From contig NMRA01000001.1 in NCBI GenBank assembly GCA_002633005.1, positions 252,625-316,624 on the forward strand: a stretch of 64,000 bases of DNA, given 5' to 3'. Under the pieces are notes generated by a model that was not told where the DNA came from, did not search any database, and saw only the letters and a program-made list of their open reading frames with translations. The translations under genes were made by a program, and so were the position numbers. Below, piece by piece: positions 24,855-38,483 of this stretch (position 1 is the first letter of the stretch; each line of letters opens with the position of its first letter). The stretch is from Phoronis australis (Eukaryota > Animalia > Phoronida).

Positions 24855-26754
24855 TTTTCGAAAGTGGAAACTGAAACGTCAAATTTTCATGCACATCAAA
24901 AATCAAATCATAATCACGAGACGCAATACACAAAAATGTAGTGTTTATCGGCACTTCGTGTCTGTCAGAAATTATCTTTGAAAATGTTTGTAAGTTCATG
25001 AAAATAGTTCACCGTTTATCGGTGATTTGTTTTGGTTTCAGAAGGACGTGCGGACTGGAAAGAATTTCTAAGCCCAGTAAAATGTACCGGTCATCGACCA
25101 TTTGTTTCGGTTTCAAACTGCAGCTATGAAAAATCCCCAGAAATACACGGTTTATCGGCCACTAGTGTCGATTTCATAAGAACATCTTCTTCAAAGGGCA
25201 GGGCCGCATAGCCACTCAAAACTTGCCGTTTGGCCGTAAAATATAAGGTAGCCTCGACAACCATACATCCGAAACTCGAAACCAGTGCAAGATGGCAGGT
25301 GTGTAGCAAGCTTCTCACGTGACCGCCTCGGCTGGAGTCTGCGCATTGAAAAATATTTTCAAAGTCCCGAGAAATGAGCCGTTTGTCGGCCATTTGTGTC
25401 GGTTGCAAGCATGTTATTAGCCAGCAATACTGTGACACAAGTTTTATCCTTTTTCCCTCATCGTGTATACAATGCTGTGGTAACCGAAAAAGGGAAGACC
25501 ACAAATATGACTCCAGTTAGCACTAAGAAAAATAAAATTTTGATATATCGTGTTGCAGAATACGCTGAATAATTCTGATAGAATACATTACTTAGGGCCA
25601 ACGTCATCATATAATAAACGAGGTCCGATTTTTTTCTAGTGACATAACGTAACTCTGAAAATGTTTCTAATTGGAAGTGATCGTCCCGCACTTTTTACGT
25701 GACGTCGTCGAAAATTATCGGTATTTCGTCAGTCAAAATTTTGGGTCATCAACAACTCAGAACCCCCATCTTTGATTATTATATAAACCTTATCATCGCT
25801 GTGAACTCTTAATTTTCAGAAAATGTCGGATTTCGTTTCAAAGAAGTCGGTAAAAACATCGTGTTTAATGGTAGATAATAGAGCGTTCCAAGTTGATCGA
25901 ATATTTATTTTGAAAACTGTTAATGTCCTTCCACATCGAATCTTGTAAAAATATCTGATATGTAGTTTAGTCTAAACTACCAAAAAATATTTCTTGAGTA
26001 TTGAAGCTATGTTAGGGAATACCACGTGTAACTCTTTTTTTCAGTGCCTGCATAAATTATGTTCTATAGTCTATGGAGCCGGCACGCTCTTTCCACTGCC
26101 TGAAGCTATAACAACTTCGGTTCAAGCAGAATGCAAATTTCTGTGTGGTGTTTTCGGAAAATACTGGCAATCCAGTTTGTATTGGGAAAAATTGTGAAGC
26201 AAATCGTGCATCTCGCAAACATTGTAACGTAAGTCTCCGCCGGGCATATACATCAGTCATTCAACTGAATATTTTGAGAAATCACAATATTCGTAAACGT
26301 GAAGAAATGTTACAGAATCCGACAATTTAGAGTTGACCATTTCATCCATCACACTTTGTCCGCCTTCAAATGATNNNNNNNNNNNNNNNNNNNNNNNNAA
26401 AACAGGTGACGAATTAACTACATGTACGTCGACGTTCACAGAATTTTTCACGAGTCACATCTCAAACAGTAGATTTATTTTTTTTTCGCTTTGTTATTAT
26501 TTTCAGTTATTGCACAGTTCAGCTTTATCACTAACATGTTTCAACATCGGTATTTCGATCACAGTTTGTAAAAACCTGAAAAAGAATCCCAACGCCTTTT
26601 CTTGATGGGCCAGTTTGCGCCTATACATGTATATAATAGTATTGATAAAAAATGACCGAACTGTTGCACGATTTCACGCTAATGAACATTACTGAATCGT
26701 ATCCCCGGGCTCAAAGTAAACACTGTTATCATATTCCGTGCATTCTGCCGCATA

Positions 26755-26851
26755 CCAATGAGAATCGGGGAATTCCCTTGTCTCCTTGCTTGGCCGGGTT
26801 CACAAGAGCAACCGTGACGTCACTGAGGCGGTATTGAAACTTTTGACCAAT
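26755..26851 (+). promoter_or_regulatory. Candidate promoter of the STAP-like gene: CCAAT, kappaB palindrome, CRE, CCAAT
   Basis: GGGAATTCCC at 26768-26777, TGACGTCA at 26815-26822, CCAAT at 26755 and 26847; followed by a putative non-coding exon ending AAG|gtatat at ~27022. Confidence 0.5.
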
Positions 26852-28714
26852 CAACAACGTGAAATGGTGCATCTTGGGTAACAAACTTCTGTCCTATTTA
26901 TTTCCGGGTTACCGTACTGTCCAAAGTGTACTGCCTGTTGTGCTGGGTCAAGCGTTAAATTCTCACATTCTGATGAGGAATAGACTGGAGTGCAGACAGT
27001 TGCGACTTGGTGCTTAGGCAAGGTATATTATTATTGCTTTTTATGCTTGATTTTTAGGATTCGTCGATGTTAAAACAAGATCAACGATGACAGAATGCAC
27101 CAGACTGTCAAACAACAGAGAGATGGACGGAGGTCCATTTCACGTCGACCTCAAAGGAGATGACACGTACCCGATGATGATGATGATGTGAAAACGGGAA
27201 ATTATCTTTTCAGAATGGGCTTGTTTTTTAATTGCATCGCCCGAACTTGTCTAGGGCTTCACAGTCCACGCACAGACAGTTTGCGCTCATCAAATCCCTT
27301 ATCACCATTCATTATATTTGTGCGCCGAAGAGCATAGTCATAAAAAATGTCAAGTGTGTCTGCTTGTAGTACTGTTGGTTCAAGTCTGGCAATTCGGCCA
27401 GCTAGCTGTATGAAGACCGCGTCATAAGTGGTAAAATGTATAATTCCGCACAGCTTTGCACCAACGCTATATGTCTCTCCATACTTCACTGCAGGTACTG
27501 AGAATCAGAATACAAATGATACTTGATTTAGGTCATTGGCCCCTATTCAAAACTTACTGGATTCCTTGGGTTCAGACTAATATTAGCCCTCTTTTGTGAG
27601 GCCTAAGGTACAATTTGTATATGAGTTATTATTATGGTTCAACAGCAAACCTTTGATATGTAGGGAAGGCTGAGTCTACTCAACAAAGAAGCATTAGTAG
27701 TTACCATGCATATCCTGTTCTATTGTATGTTACGTAAGTTAACTGATTTTTTGTTCTTAAAAGACTGAAAATGTTCAACTTTTAATGATGGATTCATTTA
27801 TTATACCGGTCCCGGGTGCCAAAATGACGACCAAGCGCATGTTACAAATTAATGTATGCCGCACTGGTGGCCATCTTTCCCTTATCTCTACAAAAAGAAG
27901 TCACCATAAATGTCAAGAATCTTTAATCGTCCATTCAAATCCCTACTGTCAACAAACATGCGATGTAGACTGTCTTCCTCAGGGCTTGCAAATTCGACTT
28001 CATTGTTTGGGCAACTCTACGTTAATTCAACTTGACTGAAAATTTCAGAGCGGAATGCGTAACTGTTGTTTAAAAAAAAACTTGTCACGGTCGGTACATT
28101 GTCCTTCTTATTCATTTTCTTAGAGCTTGAGTTCATCCTTCTTGTTAACATTTTGTATTTTCTGAAGCTGAGGACTCTTTAAACGTTGAAACATTGGCTG
28201 GCTCTGATTAATTTAGCTTGTTTTAAATGTTTGGTTATCAATCCCATCAAATTCCAATCCATTGGTAATACCTGTCAAAGATACAGCCATTGAAACAACT
28301 CGAGAACAACATACATCCATTTACTGAACTTTTCAATTTAACGGAATCTTAGTTTTGGAAATTTGTGGACCAGCGTTGGCAGAGAACAGGGTGTGCCATT
28401 AGAATGTTCTTTTACAACTGCTAATAAGAGCCCACACAGCTTAGCAGTTTTGTCTTTGAGGTCACCTTATGTTAGGCCAAGAGAGAAATTTATGGTTGCC
28501 TCTAACACAACACCAGAGTAACTAACTGGCGCTATGTTACAAGTGACCTTTAATTGAGATGAAGAGGTCATAGACTTTTTTTGGTTTTGTAATAGGTTTG
28601 AAAACTATGGTGTCGTGGCTGAGATTTGTTGAGCTTTAAGATTTCTACTTCATTCTAGAAGTAATTATTTGTCGAAAAATGAAGAAGAGATATTATTATT
28701 ATTTTGTAATTTCA

Positions 28715-30156
28715 GTAAGTTATCCAGGTGACCATGTCTAATACTTTCCACGAAGGTTGGCTGTCACACAAAGGTGACAGCGACAAGGTAAGTAAGAATC
28801 TAGAAGTAGCTTTCTTATTAAGTGTGGAGCTGCCATAATGGTTTTGAACGAAAGAAAGTAATTTTGGTGTAGAGGCATGTAGTAAATTAATGAGGGTAGT
28901 GTTTTTTAAAAGAAAACTGCCAGTGAGAACAGACCTTAAGTTTGTTACAGTCATTTTCTTCAGTCCAATGTGATGGGACCACAGGGAACTTTCAGCAAAA
29001 ACATTTCCCTTTCTAACCTTTTCTTTGTTTCTTTATAATAGTTAATGCTCCATATTTTACTTCCTGGTCCATGGGTCCCATTGTGAACAGTGGGGTGTTA
29101 CATAACTTTTCCTGCTGTGCATGTAGTCTACATCTGCAGTATGGATTATGTAATTAAAACTCCTTTCATACCAAGTTATGGGGAAACTTCAACCATTTGG
29201 GACAGTCTCTGAAATTTGGAACACTGAAATTCAAGCCAAAATAGAATTTTGTTCATTCAGAAAATTGGAACTGGGCATTCACATTTTTAAATGTGAATGT
29301 AAAAATCACTGCCATTTGGATCCATTGTCTGAAAATAGACTTGGCAGTACAAAAATAGTCTTTAAAAAGCCCATGAATGCTACATTTTTTGTTTAATTGG
29401 TGTGTAAAAATTAAGATGAACTTTGATATGTCATTNGTAAGTTATCCAGGTGACCATGTCTAATACTTTCCACGAAGGTTGGCTGTCACACAAAGGTGAC
29501 AGCGACAAGGTAAGTAAGAATCTAGAAGTAGCTTTCTTATTAAGTGTGGAGCTGCCATAATGGTTTTGAACGAAAGAAAGTAATTTTGGTGTAGAGGCAT
29601 GTAGTAAATTAATGAGGGTAGTGTTTTTTAAAAGAAAACTGCCAGTGAGAACAGACCTTAAGTTTGTTACAGTCATTTTCTTCAGTCCAATGTGATGGGA
29701 CCACAGGGAACTTTCAGCAAAAACATTTCCCTTTCTAACCTTTTCTTTGTTTCTTTATAATAGTTAATGCTCCATATTTTACTTCCTGGTCCATGGGTCC
29801 CATTGTGAACAGTGGGGTGTTACATAACTTTTCCTGCTGTGCATGTAGTCTACATCTGCAGTATGGATTATGTAATTAAAGCTCCTTTCATACCAAGTTA
29901 TGGGGAAACTTCAACCATTTGGGACAGTCTCTGAAATTTGGGACACTGAAATTCAAGCCAAAATAGAATTTTGTTCATTCAGAAAATGGAATTGGGCATT
30001 CACATTTTTAAATGTGAATAGAAAAATTACTGCCATTTGGATCCACTGTCTGAAAATAGACTTGGCCGTACAAAAATAGTCTTTAAAAAGTCCATGAATG
30101 CTACATTTTTTGTTTAATTGGTGTGTAAAAATTAAGATGAACTTTGATATGTCATT
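28715..30156. repeat. ~720-bp N-separated direct duplication (probable haplotype artefact) containing STAP-like exon 1
   Basis: 28715-29435 is repeated at 29437-30156 with scattered SNPs; the N is at 29436. Confidence 0.85.
28734..28787 (+). CDS. STAP: STAP-like PH-SH2 adaptor, coding exon 1 (MSNTFHEGWLSHKGDSDK; PH beta1)
   Basis: accATG start, EGWL motif, donor AAG|gtaagt; upstream acceptor at 28715. A duplicate copy lies at 29456-29509. Confidence 0.8.
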
Positions 30157-30626
30157 AGTAATTCTAGAATTTGGTACTGTCAATCTTTCCTTTCTCAAAA
30201 ATTTGGTACAGGGTCTATATTGAATGAAATTATTAACCTTTCACTAGCTAAATCTGGCATCAGTGTTAACTGCTGCAAAGTTAATCAGTACCTGTGTGGT
30301 TGTAGTCATTACGTTGTAAATATCAATACTTTGTGACGCCTCTGATTCAACCCAGTGGTATGCTCCCATGTGTGCCCTTTGTGTCCAAAAAGATTTGACT
30401 GCAGCACCACCTACTGAGTTCTATATTTTTCAGCTGCTATGTTCTCACCAGATTGCAAGGCTTATAGCTTAGAATTCTCACTAATCCTCCTCGTAGAAGG
30501 TAACTGCGCTGCAGTTAAAACTTTGAAAACCAGTTTTAAAGTATGCAAATACACTGAGGAGAATTCAAGGATGAGATGCCCACTTAACTATAAGTCTGTT
30601 TGGATTTCTGGTGTTTGACCGGTGGT

Positions 30627-30790
30627 TCCAAATATTGGCACAGTGGCTAGAGCATCTGCACTGAGGTAACAGACGGACCTGGGTTCGAGTTCCAGTCGGA
30701 GGCAGAAATCTTTTCAGACTTATATTCATCAGATCACGTGATGTGGTCAACAATGAGATGGCGTGCTCACCATGCACATTTCAATTGCTT
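30627..30790 (+). mobile_element. tRNA-derived SINE
   Basis: Pol III A box TGGCACAGTGG (30636-30646) and B box GGTTCGAGTTCC (30682-30693), followed by a non-tRNA body; no intact cloverleaf acceptor stem seen. Confidence 0.65.
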
Positions 30791-30869
30791 AATTTGCTTT
30801 GGCTTTGGTGGCGTGGACTTGTCATCAGAAAGTTTACAGTTTATGAACTTGGACTTTTTTCTTTACTAG

Positions 30870-30965
30870 AAATTTCGCAAAGCCTATGGAGTGCTGAAGA
30901 GAGCGCAGATGTCAGATGTTTATCTCTATCTCTTCTGTACAGACCATACACGGAACAGGGAAAAC
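30870..30965 (+). CDS. STAP: STAP-like exon 2 (KFRKAYGVLKRAQMSDVYLYLFCTDHTRNREN; PH beta2-3)
   Basis: ttttttctttactag|AAA ... AAC|gtaagc; 96 nt; phase 0/0. Confidence 0.8.
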
Positions 30966-33555
30966 GTAAGCTAATTCCAAGATTTGTTTTGACAACTTTT
31001 TTCCGTCTTGATGGTAACATTTATGATACTAAGTCTTCACTTATTAAGCGCACAATATGGCCAACAATTTTTATTCTATTTTGTCAAAATGCCTTGTCGA
31101 AGGTAAAGATTAAGAAGTTTCAGTCTCTCACTCTGTATACTTCATCCAACCATGTTTAGTAAAGTTTCCACAATTTGTGACAATCAGCCTTTGAACAATG
31201 GAAAATGACAAATTAATTTGGAAATTATTTTTGTATGACTGATATAAGTGGAGAGTCGATGGTCACCCTAAAATAAATACACAACCACAAAACTTAAATA
31301 CTTACAAGCCTCCACTTCATTTAACGTGTAATTGGTCCTTTGTCATTAGTCCATTTCTAGCTGAAACCTTGAGTAAAGTCCACGATCAGAGGCCGTGGGC
31401 TCACCGATAAAAACAATAAAACAATGATGATTTTAACAACTGCTTAAGATCATGAATGACATTTTAATAATTAAAAATCAGCTTTCAGGTCTTTTGGGAT
31501 CTGCTCACTCAGTGACTGGCATGCATTTCCAGTGAGCTGGCTCTGGTATAGTACAAGGGGGTTGAGAATTGCTACTGTGTGGGGGGTTAGGTTAATTTTG
31601 TCAGTTATATCTTTCACCCTCTTTTATTCTTGATTAAGGGTGATTTGTATGTAGTCGTGAACGGAGTGGTAGAAAACCCAGGCTTTATTTTACAAATTAA
31701 ATTTTTTACAGTAAACGTTCAAGTAAATAACCCAGGAGCACCATGTAACAAGAAAAAATAACACAATTGGGTCTTTGATTTTTAAAAATCACTGAACTAC
31801 TAACACAAATCACAATATTGACTCGCTGACTGCTGATGACATCTCCAGTATTAGTTGAGTGGTCTCCAGTCCACATACAGGTTCAGTAGGCATTGCAGAC
31901 AGGTATCTGGACTATCAAAATGTTTAAACTGGTACGGCAACTGTAGAAAATCTCATCATGAACTCTTTCAGAGCTTGCACCAGTCTTGAATTATCCATTG
32001 ATAACAATTACACTCAGTGAATAAATGTCTTCTGACTTCTATTGGTTTATGGTCATCCAGTGTTCATTTCTCGTTTCTTGACTGACTGGTGTCATATAAC
32101 TTCCTTCAGAGGCTACTGTAGTAATATATATTCTAAGTTATGCTGATGCTTCTTTGGAAAGTATCTGATTTTAGTCTATGCATGACCTAGCGCATTGAAT
32201 CACCTGGTAATGAAATTTGAAGTGACAGTCTTATGTATGCATACTTTAGTGTCATCATATCCTGGATGGAACAAACATGTGTATGAGAAGCAAATTCATC
32301 AAATGTCATCAACAAAAGAACACCAGTCGGATGTTACAACATTAAGTCGTTTTTCGCACGATCACCATAATGATTAGGTCGCAAAACAAAATTATGCCAA
32401 GCGTTAAACTATCACAGAGATTGCAACCATGCTCAGGGGTGGGCCAGCTATGCGCCAGGATGTAGTGTGATTTGAACGCACATCAGTGCAGAACATGCAA
32501 TATTTTTACCTGACCCTTCCTGACTTCCCAGAGAATTTGATTTTAATCAACTTTTTGCTTATCAACTAGCTCGCAGAGAGTTAAAGAGACTGTTGTAAAA
32601 TTTCTCCAGTATGTTATAGCGAAAAAAATTATTCCTTTGTACAAACTTGGCCGATTTAAAACCTACCAAATTCAGGCTGTCCCGAACTCAAGAATTACAA
32701 TCAATGACAAGTGACCATTCACCATGTGGATGTGTGAAAATGTGTCAGCAACTATTTTCGATGATTTTATAAACTGCCAAGTGACTGAGCGACTGTAATT
32801 TCTGAACTTTTTGATGAGCTTTGAACTCGAAAACTTGAAATTGATAAAAGTTTTTATTTACACAACAGTTTATTTTCGCACGACCTACACTGTATATCGC
32901 TTAAAGAATTGGCTGCAATGAACTCACTCGGTCTGTCTTGTCCAGCTGTTAAGCCTTTGAAGTTAGTCAGGAGTGGGGACCAATAGAGCTTACCGGAATT
33001 ATAAATGAAAACACAGGCAGTTTTGGGGGTAATTGTCTCTTACCGAGGGGTCCTGCTTTTGGATAGCCAGATTTCTTCTTCAAATAACGGGCATCTAACT
33101 GGTTCTCTTCCATGCCAAGAATTGTATACTGACACTTCAAGTTGGCTTACCTCAAAATCCAACTGCTGCCTGGTGGTTTGGTAATTGGCCCAATTATGTT
33201 GCACACCCAGCAGAATGAATGAGGATCATTATTGCAACATTAAACAGATGTTTTAAGTTGTTCAAAGTCACATTACTTGTCCAATTTTCAAAATTAAAAA
33301 CCCAATCATGTGCGCTTTTCATGAAGTTTTCAAATGTGCTATTTACAAATTAAAATACTGTTGTCACCCCCAGTGTGTTTAAAGCGGCTCTGATTATCTA
33401 GAGAACAATAACATCAGCAGCCTGAGGCAGTTTAGTTAACCACAACAGCATGGTGTCACTTTGATCTAAATCAGTAGATTCTGAGGTGCACAAACCCGTC
33501 AAGTTGCCCAATCTCAACCAGTTAGGAAGTCAACGTAGGACTCTTTTCATGTCTA

Positions 33556-33848
33556 GCAGACGACATCATTCCCTAGCCGATGATGTCCAGTTTGAGTTGG
33601 CATCCACTAGTGCACGACATTCGCTAGCAGACGACATCCACTAGCAGACGACATCCACAAGCAGATGACGTCCACTAACAGTTGATGTCACCTAATAGTA
33701 GCAGGCAACAACATCCCCTAGCCGATGATGTACACTTTGAGTTGGCATCCACTAGTACACGACATGCGCTAGCAGACGACATCCACTAGCAGACGACATC
33801 CACAAGCAGATGACGTCCACTAACAGGTGATGTCACCTAATAGTAGCT
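33556..33848. repeat. Two-level tandem repeat: two ~135-bp units built from ~17-bp agcagacgacatccact subunits
   Basis: Visible periodicity at both scales. Confidence 0.8.
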
Positions 33849-35447
33849 GGCACATTAAGGGGAGGGGACATTTGGCTATAGGAGTGGCTAGTGTGGGTGT
33901 GCTTTGCAGGAATTTAAACACATACATTCTGCTACATCTCCTGACTACTGAACAATATCAAGGTATATAGACTGAGATAAAACCCAGGTCATGTTATCAA
34001 GTGTTTTGATAACTCAGTAGTATTTGACATGTTTGAACATCAGACAATTCAGTGATAACCAGATAAAAAGACCACTGACAATTTTGAAAGTACGAAATCA
34101 TCATTATGTGTTCCAGGCCCTGAGAGTCTTGTGTCATGGAATCCACCCCCCCCCCCATGTGCCCCAGCTCCTTGTGTCAATAATTTTATGATTGTCAAAC
34201 TGACATTCATGTTCCTGTTGCTGCCAATTGTCAGTGAATAAGTTTCATTTGCTGTATTGTTTCTAAACTTTTACACTTTGAGCAAAAGCTTACATAACCT
34301 ACCATGGGACCTTGGACACCCCCTGTTAAAGGTCACAGACTTGGGAATTGTCGTCATATTGTATTTGGCCAAGTAACCTGACAAAACGATAGATTTTAAC
34401 CAAGTATATATTATTATCAGTGCTGGAGTATTAAAATTAGAGGTATAGTAGGCACCCAAAGCCCACCATATCACATTGAGCACTGAACTTACAGTGCGTA
34501 GACACTACGTTCAAATGCCAAAAGGTGGTTAAGGCTGTGCCTACACCCCACTTGTCAGCGCTGATTGTTATGAAAGCAGAAAGCCAGTAGAGTTTGATTT
34601 TGACTTTTTAACAGTCTTCCATTGGTCAGGTAACCATTTTTCTTTTTGTAAAATTTAGCAAAAGGAACTTAGATAGCAAAACAACAGTATTAAGAAAATT
34701 GTTGAATTTTAGTTGATAAAGATGTTTAAGACAGCCTCTCTATATTAGAGTTTTTTAAGATATTTCATTTTTGTCTTGCACAACTTTAGAGTTTCTGCTT
34801 GAAAATCTGCTTTTGATAGTCGGTCGTATAAAGCTGCAACATATAAAAATAATCCTTTACTGAGCCGTATTGTGAAAAGTTTGATAGCATAGTACCTGAC
34901 TCTTGAGATACAATATTCCAAAATCATCTAGATTTAGACATTTTCCTGAGGTCTTACATAACCTTAAAGTAGTCATATCTTGGTGTTGGAACTTTTGCCC
35001 TCTTGGTTGAGCTTTCAAATTGTTTTGAATCATGGGGCTCTAACATCACATGACCTATTAGTCCTACTTGACATTTATTGCTAAGATAAATGTGTGTGCT
35101 GAGTGCTAAATGATAACTAGTAAAATAAACTTCCATTTCCTTGTTATTGCCTACTGTGCTATGCAAGCTCCATTAAGTCTGTCTTTGGGGCCTCCCTGAG
35201 AGGAAACAATTGAAATGTGATGGATGTGCACATGATTTCTCAAAGTTTGTACAATAACTTACAACTGTTTTTCCCTTGAGAGCCTCCTGTTCCAATTGCT
35301 GGGTAATAAAGCCAAAACTGCCCATAAGGTATGTGTCTCCTGTGTGGGGTTATTTACCCTAATAGTATGCCCATAAGGTATGTGTCTCCTGACGTGTGGG
35401 GGTTATTTACCCTAATAGTATGGTTTAGTTAGCAGCTGGGTCTTTAA

Positions 35448-36411
35448 ACAGCTCACACCATGGATTTTTGCACATTTTGAATTACCGGTGGCCACAGACT
35501 AAATGTATGACGTAAAATTTAGTTAAACCCATGTTTATTTTGTGTAATTAGCTCGAAATTTTGATTTTTCTTTCAATTTTACCAATTTTCACATTTCCCG
35601 CCATGTGACGTCATGGGTTGAACACAAGAGATGAGTGACTAGCATTGAAGAAAAGCGGAGAGCAGGGAATTTGAAAGCGACGACGATTATGAGCAAGAAT
35701 TGAACGAATATACTATGAAGAAACGTACGGGAATGGTGGCCAGGATAAGGAAATGGGGTTGCACGAAAGCGAGAACAAGTTTAATGTGCTTCCGGCTGCG
35801 TACTTTTCTACATTGAGCCTTACGAACTGGATCCTCCCGCGAGAGAAGCGGCCTCGGGCTCAGCGAGTCAACCCAGTCATCCAACAGACGATCCTGAATT
35901 AAGAGCTGATGTTTCTGAATGATAAATATTGTCCTTTATTCGAACCAGGCCCTCATCGTAACGTCTCCTGTGACTGGAGTCAAAACACGAGTCCTCAAAG
36001 TGGGCAGAACACAGAGTGGCCCCGGACAGAACGCTTGGTCCACGATGACGTCCCACACTCTCGTTCGGCGCACGAAGCGATGCCACTTCTGCACAACTTT
36101 GGTGTCCTTCGGAACACCGAGACGTTCTCCGCCTGGCTGCTGTTGCTGCAGCCTCTGGAAACACATCTTTTGATCCCTCTACGAACCTTCTCGACGCTAA
36201 ATGTACTTTGCTTTCTCTTCACTCTATACACTTTGTCTCTGATCCGAATAGTATGGCGAACGACTTGGGTTCAACCCATGACGTTGTACATAATTATTAT
36301 TTTTTCAATTTTTGCGTGTTTCTTTATCAGCTGTGCACTAAAGGCACTGAAATCTAGTAAGATATAATAATAAAATTTATTTTGAGATACTAGAGTCATG
36401 TTGTGTACACT
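35448..36411. mobile_element. ~960-bp non-autonomous Kolobok-like element with TTAA flanks, a frameshifted THAP remnant (-) and a KolX-like start (+)
   Basis: TTAA at 35444-35447 and 36412-36415 with degenerate TIRs (...cacaccatg / ...cacaacatg); perfect internal 16-bp inverted repeat at 35608-35623 / 36269-36284; THAP split over three frames: KRCVSRGCSN..SVFR / PKDTKVVQKWHRFVRRTR / ATLCSAHFEDSCF; plus strand YIEPYELDP at ~35808-35837. Confidence 0.7.
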
Positions 36412-38483
36412 TTAAAGCATCATGGCTTGCAGGGAGGTACAAAAGTGTCCAGGAACCTTTGTTTTGTTTCGAATTAGGTAGGCTGGATTGAGCAACCTGC
36501 ACCTAGCCTGTGTGACCTCTGTTTTTGTTTGTCAGTCTGATAAAAATTCCAAGTTGCCAAAAAGTCACAGGACATTTGCTAGTTGCAACCAATTGTCAGA
36601 CAAAGTCAAGTGAATATGAATTCACACGCTGTCTGTTATGTTTTCCTGTAGATAAAAAATTCGCCGTGACTTTCAAATATTTTTCCCAAATGCAACTTTC
36701 AAACATTTTTCCCAAATGCAACACCCCTGGTGGACTATCGTTGTATTTATCTGGTGAGTCCATCTGCCCGCAGTGTTTATCACCATCCAAATTTGAGCCT
36801 GAGCTAGAGGCGGATCTACAGGGGGATTCAAAGGGTTCAAACCCCCCTCGGGACAGGATAAAAAATAAAAAAATTTTGCCTGAAAAATGAAATCGGCTAC
36901 TGAAAACCACAAAAAATGTTACACGGGAGGGGGGAACCTTCTTTCCGCTCGGCGATGCGCGCCTCGGATTCACTTGAATATGTAGATCTGCCACTTTGAG
37001 CTCAAACTACATGTGGAAGTAAATGGAATAGTTGTTAAGCAAACACAGGCAGACGTTTGCCAGTTTCTTTAAAGGTGACTTAAGACTCAATTCAATTTTT
37101 TAATTTTACTGACAACAATTTTTGAGAAAATAAATCTCACTTAAGCAAAAGTGCAAAGCGTCTGAGAATAAAGTACAGATAAGTGCTGAGATGATTTCTA
37201 TTGTTAATTTCCAAACTATATACTCATAATTGCTTGGCTAATCTTAATTCAGGAGTTGTGAAGACAAACTTCAGTGTCACTTGTCATGAGACAAGCGTAG
37301 TCTGCTCATCTACTTTCTCTTGAGGTAATAGTCAAAACATAATGATAAGAGAACCGATTGTCATTACTTGCACGCATGATTTAACCTTCCTGTTCTACTA
37401 AAAAGTCCAGGGCAGCATCGTGGTATACAGAGACTTCCTCATTGTTTTGGCAAGCTCATTTCAGCCAGTCTCATGGCTACCTGGAAACTTAATTTGCCAG
37501 GTCATGCAGTTGTAACTGTGCTATAAATATCAATCCTGCATGTAATATATTAGCGACTGAAGTCCCACAGTGTTGTCAGTGTTGACTCTTCCATTTTATT
37601 AAACAATGTAAAGAGCAATACACCTTTACCACATGCCAAAAATCAACTTTTGATTTAGCTAGACCATTTAATGGTCGGTATTTTCATCTTGTTCTGTCCG
37701 ACTCGAAGTTAAGAAACAATTTCTCGGCTTGAGAAGAACTGAGAGATGTTATAGGTGTCCTATCAAGTAACTTGTTACTGCAGGTTTTGAAAAGTTTCAG
37801 TTGTCAAGGTTGGATATGACAAGAGAATAACAGGTCATGTATTGTTTTTATTTCTTTATCAGGTGTGACTGCCCCATTCCAATGTTACTCAGTCATTTGA
37901 ACAGTTCAATATTAATGCTTAGACAATTGCAATCCTATAGACACACATGTTATGTTAAGTATTTTGTTCAAAAATCCTCATCTGTGTTCAGAAAAAAAAG
38001 TTTTATCTTTGTGTCTTTTAAAAATTTAAGTCAAATTAGTGTCAAAAACGTGTCAAATTGTTTTCAGGAATTTCAGGGATTATCTTAGGCTTTATATGTC
38101 TAACTTGTTCTGCTTCCTCGTTTTAAATTTACACACAGGTGAGTTCAGTCGGAACCTTGTGGGGCTTCATGGCCGCCACATATAAAGCATTACTTCTTTA
38201 TCGTGAGTTTGTAGTCAAACTTCATTCGTGATATATACATAACCAGTGTAATCCTCTGTGCTTATGCGATATCAGTGCGGCATGATCGCTGGTAAGGTCA
38301 GGTCACGTTTTGTGAAATGCAAAAAATTCCCAACTCCATATAAAAGGCTTTAGTCGCTATATAAACATAGGGAATGCCATGCTGTTTTCACAGTGACAAA
38401 GGGCTTTTTGAGTGGTAAATTGCTTGGCTCTATTGAATCCCTCTCTGCACACTCTACCTACTGTTTTTTCTTCCCATGCGCAG

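Noticed and set aside
30627-30700. tRNA gene
   Set aside because: A and B boxes are present, but there is no convincing cloverleaf and the sequence continues into a SINE-like body.
34616-34630. Possible 15-nt microexon (SSIGQ) in the PH region
   Set aside because: The splice sites are plausible, but the PH domain reads well without it and there is no other support.
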